Sequence record: NZ_CP039562.1
Reading direction: 5' to 3' (one strand)
DNA: 64,000 nucleotides
Origin: a plasmid
Shown: positions 1 to 10,297 of the stretch, in pieces
Numbering within the stretch: position 1 is the first letter of the stretch
Layout of the letters: each line of letters opens with the position of its first letter
The notes under the pieces: generated by a model
Databases searched by the model: none
Told to the model about the DNA's origin: nothing
What the model saw: the letters and a program-made list of their open reading frames with translations, nothing else
Position numbers and translations under genes: made by a program

Positions 1-4
1 GCTT

Positions 5-859
5 ATGGGGGTAGTACGAGTTCCCTACCTCTTGGCTGAGCTGAAAGAACGCGGATGTGCTGATGAATCTGCTCTGGCGCAGGTTATGCAGCCTGGATGC
101 CGAATTGGAGAGGAAGACCTGCGGAAGTTGGCCGCAAATTTAGGGCTTGAAGTGTCCGAGCTGGCACCAGCGCCAGAGAACGCGGCCAACACCCGGTTCA
201 AAGCAAAGCTGAGAGGAGGTTTGGCCTCCTTTCTTTTTGAGTACGACGGCTGTTTCCGACATGCAGAAGGCTCCAGCCATGCAGAAATGTTGGGTATCGA
301 GCAAGAAGACGACATAGGTCTTCCGAGTCGAGCTGCTGACGCCATGCTCCTGGAGAAGACGCTTTACCAGGTAATCGCTCGGGCTAAGTACATGCTCGGC
401 AAAATCGACAGCAAGTTTGTCAGGTCAGAACAAGCAATCGAGTTCCGTGAGCAACTTGCTCCTGGGATCTTCAAACCAGGTTACAGAGGTTTCCGATTCA
501 AGGAGGCTGCCGCTGGTGATTTGCCTACTGTCATGATTGACGGTCGGAAGTTCAACTGCGTTGCCAGCATAGCCAGAGCACATGGACTTGATCCGGTAAC
601 GGTGCGTAGGCGCATTGCGGACACCGGGAAGGCCGCAGACAAACTCTCCAATGATGAGTGGAAGCTCATCCTCGCCAAGAAAAAAGGTAAAGGGAAACCC
701 TTCACCTATCTGGACAGGACCTACAGCAACATTGCTCAGTTCTGTCGTGAGCATCAGCTCAACACCAACCTTGTTTACCAGAAAGTCAAAGACCGGGCTG
801 ATAGCGCTGATGAAGAGTTCTGGGGACTGATAATCGAAACATGCAAAAGGAAAAACTAA
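5..859 (+). CDS. hypothetical protein (may begin upstream of the window)
   Basis: Long ORF of 284 aa. Its stop overlaps the next start (TAATG). No recognisable motif. Confidence 0.4.
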   Translation: MGVVRVPYLLAELKERGCADESALAQVMQPGCRIGEEDLRKLAANLGLEVSELAPAPENAANTRFKAKLRGGLASFLFEYDGCFRHAEGSSHAEMLGIEQEDDIGLPSRAADAMLLEKTLYQVIARAKYMLGKIDSKFVRSEQAIEFREQLAPGIFKPGYRGFRFKEAAAGDLPTVMIDGRKFNCVASIARAHGLDPVTVRRRIADTGKAADKLSNDEWKLILAKKKGKGKPFTYLDRTYSNIAQFCREHQLNTNLVYQKVKDRADSADEEFWGLIIETCKRKN

Positions 860-1818
860 TGGCAGAAAACAAAGAGATCCCCTGGGAGAAAGAACTCATT
901 GAGAAGTACATGTTCACCCTGCATAAAGAGCAGGTGAAAGACCGGCGCTGGCGGACCATGTTGCGTGTGCTTCGCGCATCTGGTTTCGTGCTTCTCATGA
1001 TCGGCTTCATCATTTTGGCATCTAATCCGGGTGGGATGCCGTGGCAAAGCGCCAAGGCAGGAGCCCCTCACACCGCGTATATCAACATCCGTGGTGAAAT
1101 TGCTGCTGGCACTCTGGCCGATGCTGATCACCTTATCCCGTCCATCCAAGCTGCATTCGACAACCCGAACTCACAAGCTATCGTGCTTCGCATAAACAGC
1201 CCTGGCGGTAGCCCGGTTCAAGCAGGACGGATTTATGACGAAGTGAAGGCGCAGCGAGCCCTTCATCCGGAGAAAAAGGTCTACGCCATCATTGATGACA
1301 TCGGTGCCTCTGGCGGTTACTACATCGCCTCTGCTGCGGATGAAATCTATGCTGACCGCGCCAGCCTTGTCGGTTCTATCGGCGTCATCAGCTCGGGGTT
1401 TGGATTCACCGGCTTGATGGACAAGCTCGGCATCGAGCGCCGGGCTATCACTTCCGGAGAGCACAAAGCGCTTCTCGACCCATTCTCCCCTCTTACCTCT
1501 GACATGAAGAAATTCTGGGAGGGCGTTCTATCGAAAACCCACCAGCAGTTCATCGAACGAGTGAAGGCTGGGCGGGGTGATCGACTGAAAGACGACCCAG
1601 AGGTGTTTTCTGGATTGCTCTGGAACGGGGAGCAGGCCAAAGACATTGGGCTGATTGATGGCCTGGGTAGTTTGAACTCCGTGGCGCGAGACGTCATCCA
1701 CCAGAGCAACTTGGTGGACTACACACCAACCGAAGACATCATCCGGCGACTGACCCAACGAGCGAAGCTCGAAGCCAGTTCCTTCGTGCAAGAACTCAGC
1801 GCTGTGAAAGTTTACTGA
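859..1818 (+). CDS. S49-family peptidase (SppA-like signal peptide peptidase)
   Basis: ATG at 859 follows an AAGGA Shine-Dalgarno sequence. N-terminal membrane segment. Conserved SppA-like 'PGGS...DDIGASGGYY' block. Confidence 0.65.
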   Translation: MAENKEIPWEKELIEKYMFTLHKEQVKDRRWRTMLRVLRASGFVLLMIGFIILASNPGGMPWQSAKAGAPHTAYINIRGEIAAGTLADADHLIPSIQAAFDNPNSQAIVLRINSPGGSPVQAGRIYDEVKAQRALHPEKKVYAIIDDIGASGGYYIASAADEIYADRASLVGSIGVISSGFGFTGLMDKLGIERRAITSGEHKALLDPFSPLTSDMKKFWEGVLSKTHQQFIERVKAGRGDRLKDDPEVFSGLLWNGEQAKDIGLIDGLGSLNSVARDVIHQSNLVDYTPTEDIIRRLTQRAKLEASSFVQELSAVKVY

Positions 1819-1833
1819 TAGGAGCAGTTTGAT

Positions 1834-2694
1834 ATGACAGAACAAAGTACCAAATCACTACGTCTCGGGGTTGTTGCCGCCATTCTTTTGGGGCTCGTAG
1901 GAACCGGGTTCGGGATCTACCAGTTCGTGAAAGAGAAGGATCTGGCGCAAGAGATCGCCAACGTGAAGTCTACGGTCAACCAGGTGAAGGATGCCGAAGG
2001 CGTCACCTTCAAAAGCAAGGCAGAGTTTGAAGCTGCTGTGGCCGAAAGCATCAACAAGTTTGTCGCGCAGAAACAACAAGCCGACATCGATCAGAAGTAT
2101 GCCCAGTTCGAGGCAGCACCTGAGAAGGTCGAAGAAGGCAAACACATCTACGGGGACCTTGGTGCTCGGTTCACGCTGGTGGAGTTCTCCGATATGGAGT
2201 GCCCATTCTGCAAGCGATTCCACGACACACCCAAACAAATTGTGGATGCCAGCAAAGGCAATGTGAATTGGCAGTGGAAGCACATGCCTCTCGATTTCCA
2301 TAACCCGGCAGCTCACAAGGAAGCTCTGGCCGCTGAATGTATTGCTGAGCAGAAGGGCAACCGTGGCTTCTGGGTCTTCGTTAACGACATTTTCCACCAT
2401 ACCCAGGGGAATGGTGGCGGTGTTGCTGACCTGGCCTCTGTTGTCACTGGTGTTGGTGCTGATCTGGATGCGTTCCGGGAGTGCCTCGGCTCAGGAAAGT
2501 ACGAAGACAAGGTTGAAGCTGACATCCAGAAAGCCAAGAGCTATGGCGTCAACGGGACACCAGCCACTTTTGTAGTGGACAACCATACCGGCAAGAGCCA
2601 GCTTCTCGGCGGCGCTCAACCGGCGCAAGCCATCATGGCCGTGATGCGAAAAATGATGATTGAGTCGCAACAAGACGACTCCGCGAACCAATAA
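1834..2694 (+). CDS. DsbA-family thiol:disulfide oxidoreductase
   Basis: N-terminal membrane anchor. Thioredoxin active site FSDMECPFCKRFH (CPFC) with a DsbA-like fold signature. Confidence 0.7.
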   Translation: MTEQSTKSLRLGVVAAILLGLVGTGFGIYQFVKEKDLAQEIANVKSTVNQVKDAEGVTFKSKAEFEAAVAESINKFVAQKQQADIDQKYAQFEAAPEKVEEGKHIYGDLGARFTLVEFSDMECPFCKRFHDTPKQIVDASKGNVNWQWKHMPLDFHNPAAHKEALAAECIAEQKGNRGFWVFVNDIFHHTQGNGGGVADLASVVTGVGADLDAFRECLGSGKYEDKVEADIQKAKSYGVNGTPATFVVDNHTGKSQLLGGAQPAQAIMAVMRKMMIESQQDDSANQ

Positions 2695-2727
2695 AAACTT
2701 TCACATGTGAAAGTGGAGTGAGAACTG

Positions 2728-3156
2728 ATGATCAAGATTACAACTAAATTGGGATGCCTTCTGGCGGGGCTGCTTGTCCTGTCGGCTTGCTCAAGCGTCC
2801 CTCAGCCAAACAACGAATACGCGAAGGCCTTGGATGATACCAAACAGGTATGCGCTGCCTGTGCCCTGGTTGGTAATGACCTGCTGGTTGCCCTCAACAA
2901 GTCATGCGACACCCCAATGACCCCCGAGACTCTTACAAGCGTCATGAACAGTAACCCGATGTTTGCCGCCATGATGGCAATTAACTCCATAGGTGGAACC
3001 GACTTCTATCAGGTTTACCGTGATGCGGCCATAGACACCCTGCGGTGCAATGAAATGGACAGTTGGCCTGATCGGACCAAGGTGCGTTTCCAGCAGCCCG
3101 ACATGCAAAAGGCGCTGGCCTTGAGGGTTTCTGCCAGACAGCAGAAGGCAAATTAA
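2728..3156 (+). CDS. lipoprotein
   Basis: Lipobox LLVLSAC. Bounded on both sides by the 18-bp palindrome. Confidence 0.5.
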   Translation: MIKITTKLGCLLAGLLVLSACSSVPQPNNEYAKALDDTKQVCAACALVGNDLLVALNKSCDTPMTPETLTSVMNSNPMFAAMMAINSIGGTDFYQVYRDAAIDTLRCNEMDSWPDRTKVRFQQPDMQKALALRVSARQQKAN

Positions 3157-3212
3157 CTTTCACATGTGAAAGTCAGGCTCTCCGGGGCCTGATTTCACTA
3201 TGAGGTGAATCT

Positions 3213-3572
3213 ATGGAGTTACAAGAAGCAAAAGAGGCTCTCGATAGCCTTCATCCACACAAGGCCTCAGCGCCTTTGAGGCTTGTCATCCACCAGCCAG
3301 GTGGGATTGGTGGAACCCCTACAGTGGGGGTGAAAGCTATTCACGCAGGCTTTGACTGGGACAGCAACACCATCCTGATCTATCCGGAAGAGCAGCTCAC
3401 CCGGTTGACGCCGGATGAGGTCGCCGCCATCACGAAGTCAGTATCGAAAGGACAGTCCTGGCATTCATATCAGCAGTTCAAGAAGTATCGGGAGCAGTTG
3501 GCCGAAGCCACGGAAGAAATTAATAGGCTCAGGGCTGAGCTGGGCAGGTATCAGAATAACGGGAGGGGGTAA
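3213..3572 (+). CDS. hypothetical protein
   Basis: 119-aa ORF with a coiled-coil C-terminus. Its stop overlaps the next start. Confidence 0.4.
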   Translation: MELQEAKEALDSLHPHKASAPLRLVIHQPGGIGGTPTVGVKAIHAGFDWDSNTILIYPEEQLTRLTPDEVAAITKSVSKGQSWHSYQQFKKYREQLAEATEEINRLRAELGRYQNNGRG

Positions 3573-4018
3573 TGCTAAAACGCGGAATTATCAATCTCGC
3601 TGCTAGTTACATCATTGTTGATGCCCTACTCCGGAATGCAGCAATTTGGATCTTTGGCTTGTCCTTCTCCGTTGGTGGCACTTACGTCACTGGCGAGGCC
3701 AGTACATGGGTCGTTTACCTAGCCACTTCTGGTGCCATGACACTCTGTTCTGTCGTAACAGCCTACCTGCTCGTGACCTATCACCGCTGGGGGCTGATGA
3801 CGGCCAGGGTCTGGTTGCTATTGAGTGCCTGCCTAAACGGCTATGCCGTCTATTTGAGTAGCCACAACATCCAGTTGGTGGTGGCACTGCTTTCCAGCCT
3901 GTTTATTGCTTTGTGGATGCTCAAGACCCTTGAGCAACCAGCAGTGAAGGGGACGTACAAGGTAATCGCTGATCTTCACCGTCAGCTATGGGGAATGTTG
4001 AAGGGGCAAACACAATGA
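3572..4018 (+). CDS. membrane protein
   Basis: Four predicted transmembrane helices. Translationally coupled to neighbouring genes. Confidence 0.4.
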   Translation: MLKRGIINLAASYIIVDALLRNAAIWIFGLSFSVGGTYVTGEASTWVVYLATSGAMTLCSVVTAYLLVTYHRWGLMTARVWLLLSACLNGYAVYLSSHNIQLVVALLSSLFIALWMLKTLEQPAVKGTYKVIADLHRQLWGMLKGQTQ

Positions 4019-4533
4019 CGACGAATACTCAAAACGCGAACGCCAACCAGGTTCGGTCTTTACGCGACATGCTTGTCCCCGCCCTGTTGTTCTATGTGGT
4101 GATGACGGCCATGTTTGTGGGTCTTGACGCATTCATGGATAAACCCACCAGCATGAACCTGCCATTTATGCCGTTCCTTGTCTCGATGGTGAGTTTTACC
4201 AGTGACGCACGTCGAGCGTGGGACTGGCGAAACGGGACCAAGGTTGTAGCTGTATTGACTGCGGTAGCCATGCTGTTGGCATTCATCTATCAGCTCGCGG
4301 TCGGAGAGATGAATCTCTTAGGGGTTGGTATATACCCGGCCACAGCCATCCTTCTGTTGGCAATCTCCTGGGTGATTCGCGCTATCGGAAAGACAGCACC
4401 TTTCCAGTTCCTGGGGAGACACCTGGCGCGGTTTGGTGCATCGAAGTGGGTCCAGCGTACCGCCGCAGTCATTGTGCTCGCGGGAGGCCTTGCCATCACT
4501 ATCTATGCCTACTGGCTTAACCACGGGAGCTGA
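4015..4533 (+). CDS. membrane protein
   Basis: ATG at 4015 follows a GAAGGGG ribosome-binding site. Multiple hydrophobic helices. Confidence 0.4.
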   Translation: MTTNTQNANANQVRSLRDMLVPALLFYVVMTAMFVGLDAFMDKPTSMNLPFMPFLVSMVSFTSDARRAWDWRNGTKVVAVLTAVAMLLAFIYQLAVGEMNLLGVGIYPATAILLLAISWVIRAIGKTAPFQFLGRHLARFGASKWVQRTAAVIVLAGGLAITIYAYWLNHGS

Positions 4534-4763
4534 TGATGATCATTGCAACGAAGAACGGCTTTCTGGTGGCCGCAGAACTAATCAGGGAAGAGGCCGGGTA
4601 CTGGCTACTACAGCCTCGTGACCAAAAGACGCCGGTCAGGGTGAATAAGCAGGATAACAATAAACGCGCTTTCACGCATATGGGAGACGCCCTTCGCTGG
4701 GCCGGTGATCCTGAGCTTGCAAAGCAATTCGATGCCGAGGGGGAAGAACATGCAAATTCGTGA
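4533..4763 (+). CDS. small hypothetical protein
   Basis: 76-aa ORF. Its start overlaps the preceding stop. Confidence 0.3.
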   Translation: MMIIATKNGFLVAAELIREEAGYWLLQPRDQKTPVRVNKQDNNKRAFTHMGDALRWAGDPELAKQFDAEGEEHANS

Positions 4764-5607
4764 CTACATGACAAAGTTGTTTGACGCATTTGGTGATGTG
4801 GAGGAAGTCACCCGAGAAATGCTTCTGGAGCAGGCGGAGCTCATTCATACGATCAGCGATAAGTGTCAGAGCACAGGCCTGTTTCTGGATAGTCAGGTTC
4901 GTTTCAACCAGTTCGTTCAAGAGATTGAGGCTGACGACAAGGTAGAGGATCGGTTGCTTCATGCTTGGTGCTGGGTAATGGACCGAATAGTGAAGGCTCC
5001 AACATCCTTTCACATGGATGGGGCTGTGATTTTGACAATGCCTCTGGTCGCCAGATACCTGCCACCGGTTGAACAGGAGCCGGAAACCATCGTGGTGAAT
5101 CTCGATGAGGACTACAAGGCTCCTGTAGGCAACCAAACGCTCTGCGAGCTCGTTATGGAACGGAGGCATTGGCCGCAAGGTGCAACCTGTGCGACCCAAG
5201 AAGCGGACGGGGGAGTCCTCTACTGGGACGCCCCGGTTGATGTGGTAGAGGAAGGCAGAAAGGTCGCCGGTAAGCACGGCATGATGGCCGAGATCGGATT
5301 GAAACATCAGGTTGATGCCTGGTATGCAGATATGGACGAAACACGGCTCGCAACCGATTGGAACACCGCCGTCATTACGCCTCACTGCTTGCTGCTTTCC
5401 TATCTGGATGTGCTTCAAAAGAACAAAGTTCCCTTTGATGAAGGTGTGCAGCTCGCTGCCGAATGGGTGAAGCAACTTGGCGGGGAATTTCGTGAAGACA
5501 CTGAGGAAGCGCCGGAAGCTGAGGCTTCAGTGCTTTCCCTGGGGAGAGCCACGGCTCATTGCTTTAAACCCTATCCGGACACAAAAAATTTCTATTACGA
5601 GGCCTAA
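4750..5607 (+). CDS. hypothetical protein
   Basis: ATG at 4750 follows a GAGGGGGAAG ribosome-binding site. 285 aa with no recognisable domain. Confidence 0.45.
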   Translation: MQIRDYMTKLFDAFGDVEEVTREMLLEQAELIHTISDKCQSTGLFLDSQVRFNQFVQEIEADDKVEDRLLHAWCWVMDRIVKAPTSFHMDGAVILTMPLVARYLPPVEQEPETIVVNLDEDYKAPVGNQTLCELVMERRHWPQGATCATQEADGGVLYWDAPVDVVEEGRKVAGKHGMMAEIGLKHQVDAWYADMDETRLATDWNTAVITPHCLLLSYLDVLQKNKVPFDEGVQLAAEWVKQLGGEFREDTEEAPEAEASVLSLGRATAHCFKPYPDTKNFYYEA

Positions 5608-5632
5608 GCCTCACCCAAACAGGAGGATCAAC

Positions 5633-5821
5633 ATGCGATACCAGGTATTTAAAACGAAGGAAGGGGGCCAGCCGGTGTTTACGGCACCGTGGTACTGGTT
5701 GGCCTCTGCCATTGCTCACTGGTCATCTCTTAACTGGGATGCCTGTCGAATCGTAGACAGCAAGGTGGATGAAACAAGGCTCTGTTGGGCCAAGGCTCTA
5801 CCGGCTGGGAAAAAAAAGTAA
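5633..5821 (+). CDS. small hypothetical protein
   Basis: Strong AGGAGG ribosome-binding site 6 nt upstream of the ATG. 62 aa. Confidence 0.35.
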   Translation: MRYQVFKTKEGGQPVFTAPWYWLASAIAHWSSLNWDACRIVDSKVDETRLCWAKALPAGKKK

Positions 5822-5837
5822 TTTGGATGGAGTGATT

Positions 5838-6365
5838 ATGAGGTTAGGTTTTGTGAAAAATACGGGGGTTTCAGCGTTCCTGGTAGCCATGCTGGTGGTG
5901 GCCCCTCAGGTATGGGCAGAAACCTTTACTGCGAAGGTTGTGGGGGTGTCTGACGGTGATACGGTCAAGGTCCTGACTGAACAAAGCTGTGACTCCGGGA
6001 AAGATTGCCGGAGCGGCAAAATCCAGTACCGGGTAAGGCTGGCGGAAATCGACACCCCAGAGAAGAAACAACCCTACGGCTCAAAGGCGAAACAGGCGTT
6101 GTCCGATCTGGTGTTTGGTCGAATGATTAAAGTCGAGCAAATCGACAAAGACCGTTATGGCCGTCTGGTCGCCAACCTTTATGTCGATGGCAAATGGGTC
6201 AATGCCGAAATGGTCCGTTCTGGGAGTGCGTGGGTGTACCGGCAGTACGCCAAAACACCGGAGCTGTTCAAGCTGGAGGCCGAAGCCAAAGCCGATAAGC
6301 GAGGTCTCTGGGCATTACCGGAATCGGAGAGAACTCCCCCTTGGGAGTGGCGAAGAAAGCACTAA
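5838..6365 (+). CDS. nuc: secreted thermonuclease (SNase-like)
   Basis: Signal peptide. Staphylococcal-nuclease-like motifs (DGDT, RLxxIDTPE, YGR). Confidence 0.7.
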   Translation: MRLGFVKNTGVSAFLVAMLVVAPQVWAETFTAKVVGVSDGDTVKVLTEQSCDSGKDCRSGKIQYRVRLAEIDTPEKKQPYGSKAKQALSDLVFGRMIKVEQIDKDRYGRLVANLYVDGKWVNAEMVRSGSAWVYRQYAKTPELFKLEAEAKADKRGLWALPESERTPPWEWRRKH

Positions 6366-6422
6366 CCACACCCCAGAGTATGCAGGTGTAAACAGTAACC
6401 AAGAAAACAAACAGGAATAACG

Positions 6423-6695
6423 ATGAACAAAAGTGAACTGATTATGAAAGTGGCCGAAGACGCTGACATTAGCAAAGCAAAGGCCGAAGCTGCGGTAAAT
6501 GCGCTGATCAACTCAGTGACAGAGGAGCTTAAAGCGGGTGGGACAGTAGCGCTCACTGGGTTTGGTACTTTCCACGTTAAGGAACGCGCAGCGCGAACCG
6601 GGCGGAATCCCCAGACTGGAGAGAACATCCAGATCGCGGCGGCCAACATTCCTGGGTTCAAAGCTGGTAAGGGGTTGAAAGACTCCGTGAACTAG
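6423..6695 (+). CDS. HU-family DNA-binding protein
   Basis: 90-aa protein with the classic HU/IHF signature (GFGTF...RNPQTGE). Followed by a hairpin terminator at 6728–6752. Confidence 0.85.
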   Translation: MNKSELIMKVAEDADISKAKAEAAVNALINSVTEELKAGGTVALTGFGTFHVKERAARTGRNPQTGENIQIAAANIPGFKAGKGLKDSVN

Positions 6696-6782
6696 ATCTT
6701 AATCATGTGACACATGAATAAGGTTTACATAAGGCTCCTTCGTGGGAGCCTTATTCATATCAGACATGAATAAGGGGAAGGG

Positions 6783-7076
6783 ATGAGATTGTCGTCAACT
6801 CAAAAAGACGTTTTGTTCATTCTATACGCAATTGAGGCCGGTGGAAAAGCCGAGCCTGTACCAGGTGTAAAAATACTGGAGATGATCAATTCAGCTCGCC
6901 AGAGCGGTATTCATGGAACGAACTTCCGAACGTCATGCCACACGCTGGTGGAGAACGGCCTGTTGAACAAGTACCGGAATGCTTCTCTAAAGCTGGCCTT
7001 TAGGCTGACCGACGATGGCAGGGAACGTGCAGGAGAGATATACCGAAAACGGCTGGAAGAAGAGCAAGAGAAGTAA
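6783..7076 (+). CDS. hypothetical protein
   Basis: 97-aa ORF. Confidence 0.35.
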   Translation: MRLSSTQKDVLFILYAIEAGGKAEPVPGVKILEMINSARQSGIHGTNFRTSCHTLVENGLLNKYRNASLKLAFRLTDDGRERAGEIYRKRLEEEQEK

Positions 7077-7102
7077 TACGCCCCATAACGGGGCGTATCG
7101 AG

Positions 7103-7405
7103 TTAAACGGCAAAGCCGTAGTGGGTGCCGTCCGGAAGTTCAACATCGAGGCGTAGCTTGCCACCGGAGGCCTCAACGTACCGCTTAATGGACGACAGCT
7201 TGAGATCTCGTCCAGGTTTTTCCATCTCGGAGACTGTCGGCTGTCTCACACCCAGAGATGCAGCAATTTCCCCCTGGGTAAGGTTCATGCGATCACGAAG
7301 CTCTGCCAAGTGGATGTTCAGTAACATCTCAGTGGCCGCTTTCTGTGCTTTGGCAACAACCTCAGGCTTTTCTGTTGCCAGCATTTGGTCAAGAGTTCTT
7401 GCCAT
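7103..7405 (-). CDS. higA: HigA-like XRE-family antitoxin
   Basis: HTH block NLTQGEIAASLGVRQPTVS. Lies immediately downstream of the toxin gene in the same operon. Confidence 0.7.
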   Translation of the reverse strand: MARTLDQMLATEKPEVVAKAQKAATEMLLNIHLAELRDRMNLTQGEIAASLGVRQPTVSEMEKPGRDLKLSSIKRYVEASGGKLRLDVELPDGTHYGFAV

Positions 7406-7409
7406 AACG

Positions 7410-7760
7410 TCACTCCTTCTTCAATTTATCCAAGTGCGCCGCAAACTCACGGTCTGCAATTGGGATCATTACTTCATAAAACCTTTTCTCGTCCCCGGTC
7501 TTGTTACCGGCGCAGAGAAGAATCCCCTTACGCTTTGGATCGAACGCAAAGAACGCTCTGATAGGATCTCCTTTGCTTTGGACCCGAAGCTCTTTCATGT
7601 TGCTGTAGGATGAACCGTTAACAGTATCCGCGTATGGCCTCGACAGCATGGGGCCTCTATCTCGCAGCACCATCATCGAAGCCAGCACGTTTGCTCTATC
7701 GGTATCATCCAGAGCATCGAACCACTCATCAAAGGTGTCGGTTGTCTCGATGACCCACAT
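7410..7760 (-). CDS. higB: HigB/RelE-family toxin
   Basis: 116-aa protein resembling HigB-type toxins. Its stop abuts the antitoxin start. Confidence 0.6.
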   Translation of the reverse strand: MWVIETTDTFDEWFDALDDTDRANVLASMMVLRDRGPMLSRPYADTVNGSSYSNMKELRVQSKGDPIRAFFAFDPKRKGILLCAGNKTGDEKRFYEVMIPIADREFAAHLDKLKKE

Positions 7761-7852
7761 GATTTCTCCTTACTTAATATAGGTGCAATCCTATATAGAT
7801 TCAAACCTATAATCAAGAAAAATCGGCGGCGATGGGGGCCGAAATGTCAGTA

Positions 7853-7912
7853 AGTAGTCATGTGACTAAAATAGGGGGTAGAATAAGCCTCGATATAGTC
7901 ATGTGACTAAAA
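7853..7912. promoter_or_regulatory. direct repeat AGTCATGTGACTAAAA ×2 (candidate operator)
   Basis: Identical 16-mers at 7853–7868 and 7897–7912, in the divergent region between higB and the 7923 gene. Confidence 0.4.
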
Positions 7913-7922
7913 GGTGTCCTGA

Positions 7923-8471
7923 ATGAACAACCTACCCCTACTGCTCGATGCAAGAGAAGCCATTGACTACTACCACCAGCATCCAGGCATGACTGATGCA
8001 GAAAAGGCCTATGTGGTCGCGTTCCTAAGCGGAGAGGGGCGTTCAAACAGTCAGATCAGAGAGGATCTGGGTATTGAGAAGGTCTATACGGTTACACACC
8101 TGAAACGCGCCGGTACGCTATCGGAGGAAGAGCTAACACTCTGGCTCAGAAATCCACGCAAGATCACCCTGGGGCATGTGAGGGCCGTGGCTAAGTTACC
8201 TTTCAGCAAGAGAGAAAAGCTCCTGAGGGATCTCCTGCATACCAGGACACCGGTTCATAAATTTGAGGCGATAGCGAAGGGCAAAGAAGTGGACAGGGAT
8301 GCAGACATTAAGCGCCTGGAGACCCTGATGAGCGATGCTACGGGTAGGCCTATCAAAGTTCGCTATAACCCCGCGAAGCGCTCCGGGGAACTGACGCTGG
8401 GATTCTTCACGCTCGATGACCTGGATGACGTGTGCAAGGCTTTGGGGTTTGATCCAAGCGAGCAGATGTAA
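7923..8471 (+). CDS. hypothetical protein
   Basis: 182-aa ORF with no clear domain. Confidence 0.4.
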   Translation: MNNLPLLLDAREAIDYYHQHPGMTDAEKAYVVAFLSGEGRSNSQIREDLGIEKVYTVTHLKRAGTLSEEELTLWLRNPRKITLGHVRAVAKLPFSKREKLLRDLLHTRTPVHKFEAIAKGKEVDRDADIKRLETLMSDATGRPIKVRYNPAKRSGELTLGFFTLDDLDDVCKALGFDPSEQM

Positions 8472-8560
8472 ACCAGAAAACTTTCACATGTGAAAGTCTT
8501 GCAAGGTGTCTTTTTATTGTTTACAGTATCATAAAATGAATCTGTAAAGGTGCGCGATGA

Positions 8561-8812
8561 ATGTGCTTCCAACGAAAAGCTGGCCTTGGGCGTTATAACT
8601 CAACCAGACCTGAGTGGCTGGCGGCGTACCGAAACGCAAGATGTATGAGAAGCTCAGGTAAAGAACCTGATGCTTCTCTTTCCGGGATAGCTTGGAAGGC
8701 GCAACTCATTGTTGCCCATGAAAGAGGCAGAATTGACAGCCTGGCTGTCCCTTTGGATGCCAGATTGATAGCAAAGAACCTCATCGACGAGATCCTTGCT
8801 GAGGAGAACTGA
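8561..8812 (+). CDS. hypothetical protein
   Basis: 83-aa ORF, first gene of a coupled four-gene set. Confidence 0.3.
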   Translation: MCFQRKAGLGRYNSTRPEWLAAYRNARCMRSSGKEPDASLSGIAWKAQLIVAHERGRIDSLAVPLDARLIAKNLIDEILAEEN

Positions 8813-9006
8813 TGGACGAAAAAATTACCTACGAAGAAATGCTTGAACAACTCGACCAGAAAGGCATCCGCGTCACCAACGGGGCGAGACGGCTTTATGT
8901 CGCGTTGAACAACGGAGTCAAAGCTGAGGTGCTGGGTAACTGCGGTCCCGCCACAATCAGCTTGGTTGACGGGATGATTGTTGTGGAAGAGCAGACTCTC
9001 CACTAA
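8812..9006 (+). CDS. small hypothetical protein
   Basis: Start overlaps the preceding stop (TGATG). Confidence 0.3.
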   Translation: MDEKITYEEMLEQLDQKGIRVTNGARRLYVALNNGVKAEVLGNCGPATISLVDGMIVVEEQTLH

Positions 9007-9016
9007 GGGCAGCAGC

Positions 9017-9388
9017 ATGGGCAAAAAAGTACACATCATTTGTGGAAAGTGCGGCAGTGACGAGATGAACTTTGTCATCAATGAACACTGTCCAGACGAT
9101 CCCCAGAATGTTGCCAGTATGTCCTGCTCAAATTGTTGCGAACTGACAGGCATAGCCGAGTGGTCGGAATTTAATGGACGTGAGCTGAAAGGTGAAGCCG
9201 TCGCCCTATCAACACCGGCAAACGTGAATGCTCTTCTAGGATTGCTTCGCCAGGCGATGGACAGCGTTGAGTATCGCCTCTATGGCGGGGACATGTCATT
9301 GAGCGGTAATGATGCTGCCGAACTCATAGACCTCCAGGAGCGAGCTGAGAAGGTCTTGTCTGTTCTTCGGAGTGATCAGCATGAGTGA
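9017..9388 (+). CDS. zinc-ribbon protein
   Basis: CGKCGS...CSNCC cysteine pairs. Confidence 0.35.
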   Translation: MGKKVHIICGKCGSDEMNFVINEHCPDDPQNVASMSCSNCCELTGIAEWSEFNGRELKGEAVALSTPANVNALLGLLRQAMDSVEYRLYGGDMSLSGNDAAELIDLQERAEKVLSVLRSDQHE

Positions 9389-9851
9389 TTTATACGAACC
9401 GCTTGAGTTTGTGTTCTGCGGCTTTAGGAAAGGGGACGCTGGGCTATTTATCTCGGTAGCCACTTTGCGCGATGGTGTTTTAGGCCGTGAGATGTATTTC
9501 TCAAAGGGAAAAAGCAAAAGGCGCTGGGTTGTCGGTGGCATTTACTCAGGGGCCTCGTTTTCGGACAACGGAGCAAAAGGTCTGGATGATGCTCATTACG
9601 TTAAAGCATGGGAAGTGCAAGGCGACAAGATAGAGTGGCAAGCAAAAAGCGAGCAAGCCGAAGCCTTGGCGCGAAGCGAGAAACTTGAAGCCGACGATAG
9701 GAAGCGCAATGAACTCGAAGAGCTGATGCTACCCATCAGGAAGCAATATGGGGCATTAACAAAGCGACGTGATAGGGCAGGGGCCGCAGCTCTTGAAGAA
9801 GCTGTCCTGAGAGCGCTGAGAGCGCCCATCAGGAAGGCTGAGGAGAAATAA
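9381..9851 (+). CDS. hypothetical protein
   Basis: Overlaps the previous stop. Coiled-coil C-terminus. Confidence 0.35.
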   Translation: MSDLYEPLEFVFCGFRKGDAGLFISVATLRDGVLGREMYFSKGKSKRRWVVGGIYSGASFSDNGAKGLDDAHYVKAWEVQGDKIEWQAKSEQAEALARSEKLEADDRKRNELEELMLPIRKQYGALTKRRDRAGAAALEEAVLRALRAPIRKAEEK

Positions 9852-9865
9852 CCGTGGAGCCAGTC

Positions 9866-10207
9866 TTAGCTAAAGCATTCGCCGGTTTTAAAGTCGTAGC
9901 TGTAAGTGCCCATCAGATTGGCTTTTCGGCTTTTCTTGCCATTGGTGTTTGCTGGCGCTTTAGGGGTCGCAAGTACGCCATAGAACAGGATACCAACAAG
10001 TGCCGCTTGCCACGCGAAAACAGCAACCAGAATCCAAAAAGCAGCAGCCAGAACCGGCAGTTTGTGCAGAAGGTTGAGCACCGACTTGGCCCAAATCACT
10101 GCCGGGATAGCCAGCACTGCGTAACCCCAGTTGGTGGCCTCAAGCATAGCCAGGCCAAGAATAACAACAGCCATCAGCGCGATATTCAGTACATGTTTCA
10201 TGGTCAT
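9866..10207 (-). CDS. membrane protein
   Basis: 113 aa with three predicted transmembrane helices. Confidence 0.4.
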   Translation of the reverse strand: MTMKHVLNIALMAVVILGLAMLEATNWGYAVLAIPAVIWAKSVLNLLHKLPVLAAAFWILVAVFAWQAALVGILFYGVLATPKAPANTNGKKSRKANLMGTYSYDFKTGECFS

Positions 10208-10297
10208 CTCTCCTTTTCAACTTACACTTTTATCCTATCACAGCATTAAAAAATGCAACTGTGAAAGGGCATTTTTCATTCAAAAAGAGGTGACACT

